Part shown: piece by piece, positions 37,215 through 47,066 of the stretch
Position numbering within the stretch: position 1 is the stretch's first letter
Layout of the letters: each line of letters begins with the position of its first letter
Assembly (NCBI GenBank): GCA_027067135.1
Contig: JAMOMJ010000456.1
Location: 1-60,584 of the forward strand
Origin: Cyclobacteriaceae bacterium
GTDB lineage: Bacteria > Bacteroidota > Bacteroidia > Cytophagales > Cyclobacteriaceae
Length of the DNA stretch: 60,584 nt
Reading direction: 5' to 3'
Notes under the pieces: model-generated
Seen by the model: the letters and a program-made list of their open reading frames with translations, nothing else
Told to the model about the DNA's origin: nothing
Databases searched by the model: none
Program-made: the position numbers and the translations under genes

Positions 37215-38656
37215 TATTTAATTTTAACTATCCTCATTATATTTTCTGTGCAAGATACAATCAAACGGCCTGCATTGCCTAATGCTTCACTTAAATCCAT
37301 AGGTTTGTTTACAATAGAAAAAACAGAACTAACACCAAGTGTATAAATTTCTTCCATCTCATCTTCAACTTTTCCTGCAATGGCTATTACCGGCACCTGG
37401 TTTTTTTTAGCTATACCTGCAACTCCCATTACTACTTTGCCATAAAGCGTTTGAGTATCAATTTTTCCTTCTCCTGTAATTACCAAATCAGCCTGCTGAA
37501 TATGCTTTTCTAACTGCAATAAGTTAATAATAAGGTCAATCCCTCGCATTAGTTTTGCATTAAAAAAAGCTGCCATTGCCGCTCCCATGCCACCTGCTGC
37601 CCCTGCTCCGGCTATGGCATTAACCTCAACCCCAACATCTGATTGTATAATTAAAGTATAATGCAACAGGCTTTTGTCCAGTTGCTTTAATTCTTTGGAA
37701 TTCCCTCCTTTTTGGCCACCAAAAACAAGAGAAGCTCCATTGATACCTGTTAATGGATTGGACACATCACAAGCTGCAATAATTTCGCACTTGGCCAGCC
37801 TGTGGTCTAACTCCGAAAAATCGATTCGATGGAGTTGGTTCAATGCGCCTCCGGCACCTGTAATTAAAATAATTACTCCTGCTTCTTTTAACGCATTCGT
37901 TACCCAGCCTAATCGACTCTTGATGGTTATTCCCTTATCAACTAACTGCATGGCAAACAGTATTCCTATAAACAAGGCTACCAAAGGGTTGCCAAAAAAA
38001 GAGCAGGCTTTATACAATAGACCCTGCCCAAATGGGAATGAAGGATAATCCGCAACAGACCTAAGTGCTATGAGTAATATAGGGATTAGAATAGGAAAAA
38101 AAACAGCTAACATTCCTTTTTTGCTTTCAACAATTGCATCACTCTTTTTGCTTTCAACTTCTTTTATTTCCAGTTTGCTTCCTGAAATTTTAGCCCAGAG
38201 GTAGCCTGCAAAAGCGGTGGGTATGGCCAGTGCTATGCCCATAAGAATAACCAAACCAAGGTCGGCCTTTAATGCGGCAGCGGCTGCCAGTGGCTCCGGT
38301 GTGGGTGGTATAAAAACATGCGAAACATATAAGCCTGTAGAAAGAGCCACTGCAAAAACAACAATGGAAATACCCGTTTTTTTGCTTAATGCCTTATTTA
38401 ACGAGGCAAGAATAATAAATGCAGAGTCGCAAAAAACCGGAATAGAAACCAAAAGACCCGTTAAGTTCATTGCCAATGGCGATTTCTTTTCTCCTATGAG
38501 CCTTAACAGGTAGTTTGCTATAGCGGCTGTTCCTCCTGATTTTTCGAGAAAAGCACCAATAATGGAACCAAATGCTATAATAATACCAATATTTGAAAGT
38601 GTTTTGCCAAAACCTTCGTTTATTTTAGCAATTATGGTACTACCATCCAGGCCCAT
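37214..38656 (-). pseudogene. In-frame fusion remnant: 5'-truncated GntP-family permease (aa 1-~262) joined to the C-terminal ~215 aa of glycerate kinase
   Basis: The N-terminal part (GFGKTLSNIGIIIAFGSIIGAFLEKSGG ... GVIILITGAGGAL) is GntP-like. From about nt 37870 downward it switches to glycerate-kinase-like sequence (LDHRLAKCEIIAACDVSNPLTGINGASLVFGGQKGG ... ADLVITGEGKIDTQTLYGKV). The frame stays open upstream of the ATG to a TGA at 38753-38755 and encodes the rest of a first TM helix, with no start codon there. Confidence 0.6.
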
Positions 38657-38819
38657 TAAAAACCCTGCAAATACCGAAGAAAGAAGTGCTATCAGAAAAT
38701 AAGGTAACAGGTGAGATTTTGGAAATAAAAAGTGAAAAAATAGCGGATTATTTCATCCAATAGCTATTTCTAAAAGATTATCTGTTACAAATTTCTCTTA
38801 CGAGCTTTAACGAAACATC

Positions 38820-38968
38820 GTAACTATTCAGCCCAAAAAACATAGCCACAAAGACAGAAAGGCTCAAAGAACCACAAAATAGTAACTTAAAGCACATAAA
38901 TTTTTGTGAAACCTGGAGATTTCGTGCCTTAGTGGCTAAAAAGGGCACTTTAATGGCTGAATAGTAAC
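38820..38968. mobile_element. MITE-like element, family A, copy 1 (14-bp terminal inverted repeats, 8-bp target-site duplication)
   Basis: Terminal inverted repeats are GTAACTATTCAGCC (38820-38833) and GGCTGAATAGTAAC (38955-38968). It is flanked by the direct repeat GAAACATC at 38812-38819 and 38969-38976. Confidence 0.7.
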
Positions 38969-39154
38969 GAAACATCTCTAAACTTCCCCAAATTTCTTTG
39001 AATTAACTCGTTAATCCTGCATAAATTTGAGTTGTGTATGAAATTTTCACTTAAAGCTGAGCGTATTCCTTAGATCGAACACAGGTTTATGATAATTAAG
39101 AAAAACATGGTACTTTATCATAATTAATCAGAATAGAAAGAAATAGCAAAAAAT

Positions 39155-40135
39155 ATGAAAATAACCATAAACCCTGTTACCGATAAACTAACTGACATTT
39201 TTAGAGAATTTGGAAAAATGATAGATTTTTCTGTTGATGAAGATGGGGAAGATAAACTTATTCAGTTGTCTGAAAAATATGGAAGTGGAAGTATTTGGTA
39301 TCGCGAAGTGATAAACGGCATAGGATTGGTTATTGCAAAAGAGTTAGAGTTTAATACAAATGTTGAAATTACATATCGTGCCAATGAAAACATACCTGCA
39401 TACATTATTACATTTATAAAAAATCTTGGAGGAAGCTTTACGGTGGTTTTTGAAAACGAATCGCACACCATAACACAAGGCGGCTATATAATTTGTTCGC
39501 ATTTTATGGAAATAGACAGCTTTTTGCCAAACAAACCAACTGATTGTGTAAGTATTGTTATCCTATCAGAGTTTATCGAAAAATACCTGAAATCCTATAT
39601 AAAGCCTTTGTCAGAACACTCAAATAATAAAAACAGTGCACATTTTTACCAAATAAAAACACTATCGCCAGAAATGATTTTGGCAATGAACTCGCTTGAA
39701 AATATTCAATTTACAGGTGGCCTGAAAAGGCTTTACCTGGAGAGTAAAGCCCTTGAGTTGATTGCATTGTTTTTTGAACAATTAAGAAAACATAATAACA
39801 AAAAATCATTACTCTCGCAACGCGAGCGCAACCAAATACTTGAAGCAAAAAATATTTTAGATAACAGCTTAGAGCATCCGCCTTCTATAGCTGTTTTATC
39901 GCATAAAGTGGGTTTAAATGAATACAAATTGCGCTATGCCTTTAAAGAGCTTTTTAATAATACAATTTTCGGCTATGTGCAAAAACAACGAATGGTTAAT
40001 GCAAAAAAACTAATTGAAAAAGACGAACTATCCGTATCAGAAGCGGGCTACCGGATAGGCTATTCCAATTTAAGCCATTTTGCCCGAGCCTTTAAAAAGG
40101 AATTTGGCATTTTACCAAGTGTATTTAAAAAGTAA
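39155..40135 (+). CDS. AraC family transcriptional regulator
   Basis: 326 aa with a C-terminal double HTH (SIAVLSHKVGLNEYKLRYAFKELF ... EAGYRIGYSNLSHFARAFKKEFGILPS). Confidence 0.85.
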   Translation: MKITINPVTDKLTDIFREFGKMIDFSVDEDGEDKLIQLSEKYGSGSIWYREVINGIGLVIAKELEFNTNVEITYRANENIPAYIITFIKNLGGSFTVVFENESHTITQGGYIICSHFMEIDSFLPNKPTDCVSIVILSEFIEKYLKSYIKPLSEHSNNKNSAHFYQIKTLSPEMILAMNSLENIQFTGGLKRLYLESKALELIALFFEQLRKHNNKKSLLSQRERNQILEAKNILDNSLEHPPSIAVLSHKVGLNEYKLRYAFKELFNNTIFGYVQKQRMVNAKKLIEKDELSVSEAGYRIGYSNLSHFARAFKKEFGILPSVFKK

Positions 40136-40403
40136 AACACCTCATTGTTTTTTAGCAAAGGCTAATTTGTTTTCACTAACCGTTTGTCCATAAAGTCTAT
40201 CCTGTAAGCAATGGGTATTGTCTTTACTGTCCACATCAGCATTGAATAAAGGTTTGTAAAGACATAAACCTTGGCATAGTTTAGCAATTTTTTCTCATAA
40301 AACTTCGAATTATCGGGGCATTAATGCTCTCTTTTGGGGTTGGTGTGTGGGGCTTTCCATATCTACTTTCGCATTAGGATTTTAATTATGTAAAAAGAAA
40401 CTC

Positions 40404-41171
40404 ATGGAAGGTTTATTTAAAAAACTCTTGGCAATTGCGGTTATGATATTTAGCAATTTGGGGTTGTATGCGCAACAGTTTTCAGCCGATGAAATAATGA
40501 AAAAAAATAATCGGCTGCCGGAACCCAAAGATTCTTATTCGGAAATAACCTTAACGTTGACTGATAAAAATGGCAACAAAATACAACGAAAACTAAAATC
40601 GTATGCAATGAAAACCGATTTGGGCTACAATTCTTATTTTAATGTTACGGCTCCTGCCGATATTGAAGGAATGAAACTTTTGTCAATCGCCCAAAAAGGG
40701 GAAGATGACCAGCGTATGTACTTGCCGGCATTTGGAAAAACCAGGAAAATTTCAAGCTCTGGAAAAACCGGAAAATTTTTAGGTTCCGATATCTATTTCT
40801 ACGACCTGGAAGACCACGACCTTGATGATTTTACATATCAGGCAATTGGCACAGAAAGTTGGAATGGAAAAAACTATTATGTCATCGCTTCTATACCCAA
40901 AGACAGCAAAGCACCCTATTCAAAAATAATTAATTATGTTAACCCCGGTGATTATTTTATCTATAAAAGCGAAACCTACGACAAAAAGGGGCAGTTGCTC
41001 AAAACCTTGGTTGTAAGCAAAACGAAGATTATAAAAAACATCATTATTCCTGCCGAAATATCTTACACAAATGTAAAAACCAGACATTCAACGCTCTACT
41101 ACCTGGATACCATCAGGGTAGATTCAGGGATTTCGGCCGACATCTTCAATGTTAAAAACCTGGAAGAATAA
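40404..41171 (+). CDS. LolA-like outer membrane lipoprotein-sorting/carrier family protein
   Basis: 255 aa with a signal peptide. The hallmark stretch QRMYLPAFGKTRKISSSGKTGKFLGSDIYFYDLED matches the LolA_like family usually found next to MMPL/RND exporters. Confidence 0.7.
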   Translation: MEGLFKKLLAIAVMIFSNLGLYAQQFSADEIMKKNNRLPEPKDSYSEITLTLTDKNGNKIQRKLKSYAMKTDLGYNSYFNVTAPADIEGMKLLSIAQKGEDDQRMYLPAFGKTRKISSSGKTGKFLGSDIYFYDLEDHDLDDFTYQAIGTESWNGKNYYVIASIPKDSKAPYSKIINYVNPGDYFIYKSETYDKKGQLLKTLVVSKTKIIKNIIIPAEISYTNVKTRHSTLYYLDTIRVDSGISADIFNVKNLEE

Positions 41172-41184
41172 GAAAGGATAAATA

Positions 41185-42771
41185 ATGTTAGCGAAAAAAA
41201 TACTTTTTCTTGCAATTGTATTGATTGCAGGGCAGGCTGTACAGGCTCAAAATCCTATAGATTTTACCCTTAGCGGGAAACACGATTTTTATTACCATTT
41301 TCCGGTTAGCAATTCTGGTGAGTTTGAATACCCCGTTACAGCACCTAAGAATATAAACTTGCTAAGTATAAAACTGAATAATAACCGTTTAAAGTTTGTA
41401 TCGCAATGGCAAATCAGAACTTTTGCGCAAACATACGGTCGGCAAAAAGACCATATTTTGTTGTTGGCAAGAGAAAATTATATAAAGTACAAAGGCAATA
41501 AATTAAACTTTACTTTTGGCTTGCAAAATTTTTCGTGGGGAATGGCCGACCGTATCAACCCTACAGACAGGCTGAACCCGCGCGACTATACCATAACAGC
41601 TTTTGAAACCGAAAAAATTCCGGTGTTTACCACAACAGTTGATTATTATCCTGGCGATAACTGGAAATTGCAGGGCGTTTATATTCCTTACAAACAACCA
41701 GATGATTTTTTTTGGGACAATAATGATCTTATTCCGGATGAATTTGCAGCAAAATATATAATTTCTGATTTAGATTTTGGCACTTTACAGCCACAAATTA
41801 CTTTTATTGAACAAGAGAAGAATATCAGCGAACAAAATCCTGAATTTGGCTTAGAATCAGCTGTTGCAGGTGGAAGAATCAATTATTTTTCATCAAAAAT
41901 TGACTTCTCTTTAAGTTACCTTTATGACTTCGACTCTTATTATACACCCAGAATAACCACTGAACAATACTACCCCGGTATTACACCTGAACTGCAAACC
42001 AAAATCTATCAATCATTGCCACCGGACGATGCCGATAACCTGATAAACTATTTAAACAGCATTGAATCTACATATATATCGGCAATTGAATTGCAACGCA
42101 TACGGATACAAAGAATTGGTATTGATGCAAAAACCATAGTGGGCAAATTTGGCCTGTGGGCAGAAGCCGCCTATTCCATTACCAAACAAAACGGCAAAGC
42201 CGCCTACAAAAACAGAGGAAGCGATTTTTCGTATGTGGCAGGCTTGGATTTTACTTTTGGTGCCAACGAACAACATTATGCCAATTTTCAATATAGCGGG
42301 AAATTAATACCCGGCTATTATTATCGGTTTTTTTCCGATTATGAAAACGGTTTACTGGATAAATCCAGGCAAGCTGATGATGAGTATATGCAAACCTATT
42401 ACTACAGGGCACTAACCCAGCCTATGGGCTTGCAAAATGCCGTTTATTTACACGCTTTAAGTGCCAATATTAAACTATCGTTTTTCGATGGTAAACTACA
42501 CCCATCGCTCCTTGCCTATATGCAGGTTCCTCAAGAATATGATAAAGCCGAAAAAGAGCGATATGCAGATATGCTGTTTATGCCTGCAATAGACTACTCC
42601 CAGGGCAATTCGCTTCATTTTATTTTGGGAGCTTACCTGGCTGTTGCTCCGTACAAGAATATTGGTGAAGACAATATTAAATACGATAATACCTCAACCA
42701 TGATTGGGCTTGCCAACCGGTACAGCAATGTTTATTTAAAAATAACTTACGCATGGATACATAGAAAATAA
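41185..42771 (+). CDS. Putative outer-membrane beta-barrel protein (DUF1302-like role)
   Basis: 528 aa with a signal peptide (AGQAVQAQ). It is rich in alternating aromatic/polar strands and Y/G, with the C-terminal strand ...VYLKITYAW. It lies between the LolA-like and MMPL genes. Confidence 0.5.
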   Translation: MLAKKILFLAIVLIAGQAVQAQNPIDFTLSGKHDFYYHFPVSNSGEFEYPVTAPKNINLLSIKLNNNRLKFVSQWQIRTFAQTYGRQKDHILLLARENYIKYKGNKLNFTFGLQNFSWGMADRINPTDRLNPRDYTITAFETEKIPVFTTTVDYYPGDNWKLQGVYIPYKQPDDFFWDNNDLIPDEFAAKYIISDLDFGTLQPQITFIEQEKNISEQNPEFGLESAVAGGRINYFSSKIDFSLSYLYDFDSYYTPRITTEQYYPGITPELQTKIYQSLPPDDADNLINYLNSIESTYISAIELQRIRIQRIGIDAKTIVGKFGLWAEAAYSITKQNGKAAYKNRGSDFSYVAGLDFTFGANEQHYANFQYSGKLIPGYYYRFFSDYENGLLDKSRQADDEYMQTYYYRALTQPMGLQNAVYLHALSANIKLSFFDGKLHPSLLAYMQVPQEYDKAEKERYADMLFMPAIDYSQGNSLHFILGAYLAVAPYKNIGEDNIKYDNTSTMIGLANRYSNVYLKITYAWIHRK

Positions 42772-42839
42772 AAAAATGGAACCTCTTCCAATCTGTCGGG
42801 TGAGGCTCTATGTGACCGTTGAAAATAAATTATAAGCAC

Positions 42840-45176
42840 ATGAAAAATAAAAAGGAAATATGGTTTGCAAACATTGCCAGCCATATTATTAATAACAGGT
42901 GGAAGTACCTGCTTTTGACCATAGCCATCATAATTGTTTCGGCAGTGGGTTTGCCCAGGATACAATTAGACAGCTCCCTTGAAAATTGGTTTACCAAAGA
43001 TTCGAAGCAGCTTTTTAACAGCAAGCAGTTTGAACAAAATTTTGGAAATACCGATGTGGTGGGCATTCATTTGCAAGCCGATGATGTTTTAGCGGCCAAA
43101 AATTTATACATGCTTCGAAAATTAACCACAGAGCTTGAAGAAAAGGTATCGCATGTTGACAGGGTGCAATCTATTATTAACCTGGAATACACCTATGCCC
43201 GGGATAGTGAAATTATTACCGAGCCATTGCTTGCCGATAATCCTACTGAAGAAGACATTGGTCTTACAAGGCAAAGGGTTTTGGCGAAACCTTATTTGAA
43301 AAACAATTTTGTTTCAGACGACTTTACTGAAACCTGGGTGATTATTGAACTATTGCCATATACCAAAAATGCAGATAGTAACACAAAACTAACCCCGGAA
43401 TATACTGTTGGTAAAGAAATTCTGGATGTTTTAAACCAGAGTAAATACAAAGCATACAATTTGCGACCTGTGGGGGCACCTTTATACAATTATGAAGAGC
43501 TTGTTTTTACCAATGCCGAATCGGGCAAACTAATAATTTTAACATTAATGGTTCTTATCATTTTTTTAGCACTGTTTTATCGCTCGCTAAAGAAAGTTGT
43601 TATTCCAATGCTAACAACGGTTGTTTCTATTTTTATGGTTTTCGGTACTATGGGCTATTTGGGCATAAAAATAAATGCCATACTTTTTGCTGTTCCCATC
43701 ATTTTTTCTTTGTCCGTTTCACTAGGGTTTTCAATACACCTGATAAACTATTATCAACTGGCATTATCAAAAAGAGATAGTGTTAAAGATGCTTTAATCG
43801 AAGCTGTGGGGCAGTGGGGCTGGCCTACAAGTTTTGCGGTATTAACAACCGGTGCCGCCTTATTGTCGTTTTTATCCATTGGTTTAATTCCGTTAAACTG
43901 GCTGGGGCTAACCTCAGCAAGTTTAATTCTGGTAGTATTGATAAACATATTTGTGCTGACCATTATATTGTTAAGTTTTGATAAAAAAGCGAAAAAGAAG
44001 ATAGAAACTAATAGGGTTGGGCTCTTCGATAAAATAGTAAAGTCTGTTTCGCAGTTGCTCATTAATCACCAGAAAAAAGTTGCTGTAACTTTTGCTATGC
44101 TGGCGGTTATTATAGCAGTCGGGTTATCCAATTTTGAAGTGAATTTTGATACCGAACATTCCTACGGAAATAAGGTAAGCTATATTAACCGAATGACCGA
44201 GGTGGCATCAACAAAAATCGGAACATTTGATTCTTACAACGTTACCATAAGATTTCCTGAAAAAGATGCTATAAAAAAGATAGATGTTTTGAAAAAATTT
44301 GAAGAGTTTCAAAATGAAGTAATGAAACTAAAACTGACAAAAAAGACAAGTTCTATTTTAACGATCTTAAAAGATATGAATAAGCTGATGAACGGTGATA
44401 ATCCCAATGCTTATCAGCTTCCGCAGAACAGCAAACAGGTAGCTCAATTGCTTATGCTTTATGAGATGTCGGGTGGTTCGAAACTTTCTGATTGGACAAA
44501 TCCGGATTTTAATATTTTAAGGCTTCGAATCGGGTTAAAAACAATGGACTCAAAAGAATCCATTGCAGAAACAAAATTTTTACGAAAATTATCAGCACAG
44601 CTTTTTCCTGATGCCAAAATTAATGTTACGGGTTCCTTGCCAAGTTTGGCAGAGGTAAACCATTTAATTGCCGTAGGGCAAATCAAATCGCTTATCATTG
44701 CTTTGTTAGTGATAAGCATAATGATGATGTTGGCATTTGGCAGCATTAGGCTAGGTTTAATTGGGCTAATACCCAATATTTTCCCACTTATAATTGTGGG
44801 TGGCACAATGGGTTTTTTCGATATCCCGATAGATTTTTTAACGGTAACCGTGGCACCAATGATACTTGGAATTGCCGTTGATGATACCATTCATTTTTTT
44901 AACCATGTAAAGCAGCATTACAAAAAAAGTGCTAATTATAAAATAGCGGTAACCGAAGCCATAAAAACGCTTGGGAAAGCCATCATTACCACCTCGGTGG
45001 TCATAGCATTGGCGTTTAGTGTTTATTTAATTTCGTCTTTTAATATTATGCGCAATTTAGGCCTGTTGGTGGTGATTGGCATATTATCTGCACTTTTTGC
45101 AGATTTACTCCTTTCGCCTTTGCTTATTATTTTAACAAAACCATTTGGCGATAAAGGCAATAACAACAAAAGTTGA
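42840..45176 (+). CDS. MMPL/RND-superfamily transporter (HpnN-like lipid exporter type)
   Basis: ~778 aa from the ATG at 42840 (the track ORF starts at TTG 42819). It has two blocks of ~6 TM helices separated by large soluble loops. The GIAVDDTIHFFNH motif is typical of RND/MMPL TM4-type regions. Confidence 0.8.
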   Translation: MKNKKEIWFANIASHIINNRWKYLLLTIAIIIVSAVGLPRIQLDSSLENWFTKDSKQLFNSKQFEQNFGNTDVVGIHLQADDVLAAKNLYMLRKLTTELEEKVSHVDRVQSIINLEYTYARDSEIITEPLLADNPTEEDIGLTRQRVLAKPYLKNNFVSDDFTETWVIIELLPYTKNADSNTKLTPEYTVGKEILDVLNQSKYKAYNLRPVGAPLYNYEELVFTNAESGKLIILTLMVLIIFLALFYRSLKKVVIPMLTTVVSIFMVFGTMGYLGIKINAILFAVPIIFSLSVSLGFSIHLINYYQLALSKRDSVKDALIEAVGQWGWPTSFAVLTTGAALLSFLSIGLIPLNWLGLTSASLILVVLINIFVLTIILLSFDKKAKKKIETNRVGLFDKIVKSVSQLLINHQKKVAVTFAMLAVIIAVGLSNFEVNFDTEHSYGNKVSYINRMTEVASTKIGTFDSYNVTIRFPEKDAIKKIDVLKKFEEFQNEVMKLKLTKKTSSILTILKDMNKLMNGDNPNAYQLPQNSKQVAQLLMLYEMSGGSKLSDWTNPDFNILRLRIGLKTMDSKESIAETKFLRKLSAQLFPDAKINVTGSLPSLAEVNHLIAVGQIKSLIIALLVISIMMMLAFGSIRLGLIGLIPNIFPLIIVGGTMGFFDIPIDFLTVTVAPMILGIAVDDTIHFFNHVKQHYKKSANYKIAVTEAIKTLGKAIITTSVVIALAFSVYLISSFNIMRNLGLLVVIGILSALFADLLLSPLLIILTKPFGDKGNNNKS

Positions 45177-45193
45177 AGAAAACCTAAAAAATT

Positions 45194-45784
45194 ATGAAGA
45201 AAACAACTGTAATTTTTCTATTCTTTCTCACTGTTCAACCGGCTTTTAGCCAGGATTGGGAATTAAAAAAGGAAACCGATAATGCCAGGGCATATTTAAG
45301 ATCAACAGAAAGCTCACTCAAGGAGTATAAAATAGTAAGCTATTTTAATGCTTCTGCCAATTGCATTTACAATAATATTGTTGACTTTAATAATTACCAA
45401 AAGGCAATAAAAGACTTAAAGGAATTAACAATTATTTCAAACAAGGAAAATGTTATTATTGCCTATTGGGTATATGGCCTGCCCTGGCCTTATACTGACC
45501 GGGATGTTGTTACGAAAACTACTATTAAGAGGAAAGAGGGAAAAACTGAAATTCTAACAACAGTTTACAATAACCACAAAATTCCTGAAAAGGAAAGCCT
45601 GGTTAGAATTGCCGATTATTCGGATCTTTATATCATTGAAGAAATATCAGCAGGCAAAACAAAAGTAACGCTCACAGGAAGGGTTGATGTTGGTGGCAAG
45701 GTACCTGCATGGGTGCAAAATTTGTTTTTAACTGACAGCCCTTTGGAATTTATTGAATATATCAGAGACAGGTGTTTGGATTGA
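45194..45784 (+). CDS. START/SRPBCC-fold lipid-binding domain protein, secreted
   Basis: 196 aa with a signal peptide. START-like features are W-EL-K...R at the N-terminus, WPYTDRDVV and the C-terminal GKVPAWVQNLFLTDSPLEFIEYIR. Confidence 0.6.
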   Translation: MKKTTVIFLFFLTVQPAFSQDWELKKETDNARAYLRSTESSLKEYKIVSYFNASANCIYNNIVDFNNYQKAIKDLKELTIISNKENVIIAYWVYGLPWPYTDRDVVTKTTIKRKEGKTEILTTVYNNHKIPEKESLVRIADYSDLYIIEEISAGKTKVTLTGRVDVGGKVPAWVQNLFLTDSPLEFIEYIRDRCLD

Positions 45785-45991
45785 AATACCAACAAATACC
45801 ATTGTATGGTAAATAAAGTGCTTGGTATTAGTAATAAATTTTTGATAGCTGGAATAATTTTTTTCCACTGCTTTCAATACATAAAAAAAGGTTTGCAAGT
45901 AGTTAATATTTTCACTTGTTTAACTTTGTTTTGGCAAAACAGCGAACAATTCGTACGACCTTGGCCTAAAAGGATCGTTTATAAAAATTGA

Positions 45992-46174
45992 ATAGAGTTA
46001 TCCGTTTAAAGCGCATGGAAATTGCTGTATTAGAATAGCATCAAATACATGGTCATCCTGTCTCGATATTTATCATCGGGATCAGTGTCTGGACAAATGG
46101 TTATCTTTAGATTCTGAAATAAATTCAGGATGACTGGTTTATTGATATTTTTGGGACTTAAACGGGTAACCCTA
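45992..46174. repeat. Nested palindromic miniature element, family B, copy 2 (inverted relative to copy 1)
   Basis: Outer inverted repeat ATAGAGTTATCCGTTTAA / TTAAACGGGTAACCCTA and an inner ...TCTGAAATAAATTCAGGATGAC arm. It is collinear with the reverse complement of 37045-37214. Confidence 0.75.
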
Positions 46175-46183
46175 AAATTAAAA

Positions 46184-47041
46184 ATGGACAAAATAATTAC
46201 CAGGCAAATGCAGCAGGCGGATATTCCGGTTGCCATGAAACTAAAAGAAGCAGAAGGATGGAATCAAACCGAGGCGGACTGGGCATTACTGCTTTCGCAT
46301 AACCCGGAGCTTTGCCTTGTGGCAGAAACCGGTGGAGAGGTGGCAGGGACTGTTACAGCTATTAATTTTGAAAATAAGGTTGCCTGGATAGGCATGATGC
46401 TGGTTAGCAAAAGCCACAGAGGCAAAGGACTAAGTAAGCTACTTCTCAATACCATTATTAAACAACTGGATGCCTGTAAATCCATTAAGCTGGATGCTAC
46501 CCCGGCAGGCAAAAAAGTGTACGATAAATTAGGGTTTGTTGATGAATATGGCATTGCCCGAATGACCACCCAAAACTTAGTACAACCTACTAATAATGAT
46601 GCAGCGATGGAACCGAAAGAATTAACACCTGCTAAACTCAATGAAATTATTTTATACGACAAAAAGGCATTTGGGGTTAATCGGGAAAAGGTGCTGGATT
46701 TTCTGCTCAAGAATCAAACAGAAAAAGCGTGGTATTTAGAAGAGAATGGTGAAATAACCGGCTACATACTAAGCAGGCCTGGCTGCAATTTTACTCAGGT
46801 TGGGCCTGTTGTTGCCAATACATTGAACAACGCTAAAGCACTGTTATTTTCTGTTTTAAATAAAATGGAAGGGCAACCTGTGGTAGTTGATGTAATGGAA
46901 GAACACAAAGAACTAATAGCCTGGCTGGAAGGGTTGAATTTTACAGTGCAACGGTCGTTTAGGCGTATGTACCTAAAAGCTAACCCTTTTGCCGGTAACC
47001 CATCTCAGCAAGTGTTAATTGCCGGCCCGGAACTTGGATGA
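46184..47041 (+). CDS. GNAT family N-acetyltransferase (two-domain, YitH-like C-terminus)
   Basis: Acetyl-CoA motif VSKSHRGKGLSKLLL. I place the start at MDKIITRQ (46184) because the track start (46130) lies inside the repeat element. Confidence 0.75.
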   Translation: MDKIITRQMQQADIPVAMKLKEAEGWNQTEADWALLLSHNPELCLVAETGGEVAGTVTAINFENKVAWIGMMLVSKSHRGKGLSKLLLNTIIKQLDACKSIKLDATPAGKKVYDKLGFVDEYGIARMTTQNLVQPTNNDAAMEPKELTPAKLNEIILYDKKAFGVNREKVLDFLLKNQTEKAWYLEENGEITGYILSRPGCNFTQVGPVVANTLNNAKALLFSVLNKMEGQPVVVDVMEEHKELIAWLEGLNFTVQRSFRRMYLKANPFAGNPSQQVLIAGPELG

Positions 47042-47066
47042 TGCTGCCTAAAGGCAAATAGCTTGC

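Noticed and set aside
37214-38656. Treating the 480-aa GntP/glycerate-kinase ORF as a genuine bifunctional transporter-kinase
   Set aside because: Both halves are truncated relative to their families. The permease loses roughly its last 5 helices and its proper start, and the kinase lacks its N-terminal domain. The junction cuts through conserved regions, so a deletion remnant is more plausible. I still flag it for checking.
38778-38975. 65-aa ORF between the gntP/glxK remnant and the AraC gene
   Set aside because: It lies almost entirely within the family-A MITE-like element (38820-38968).
46130-46183. N-terminal 18 codons of the GNAT ORF as given in the track
   Set aside because: These codons lie inside the family-B repeat element (45992-46174). 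An ATG at 46184 gives a normal GNAT N-terminus.
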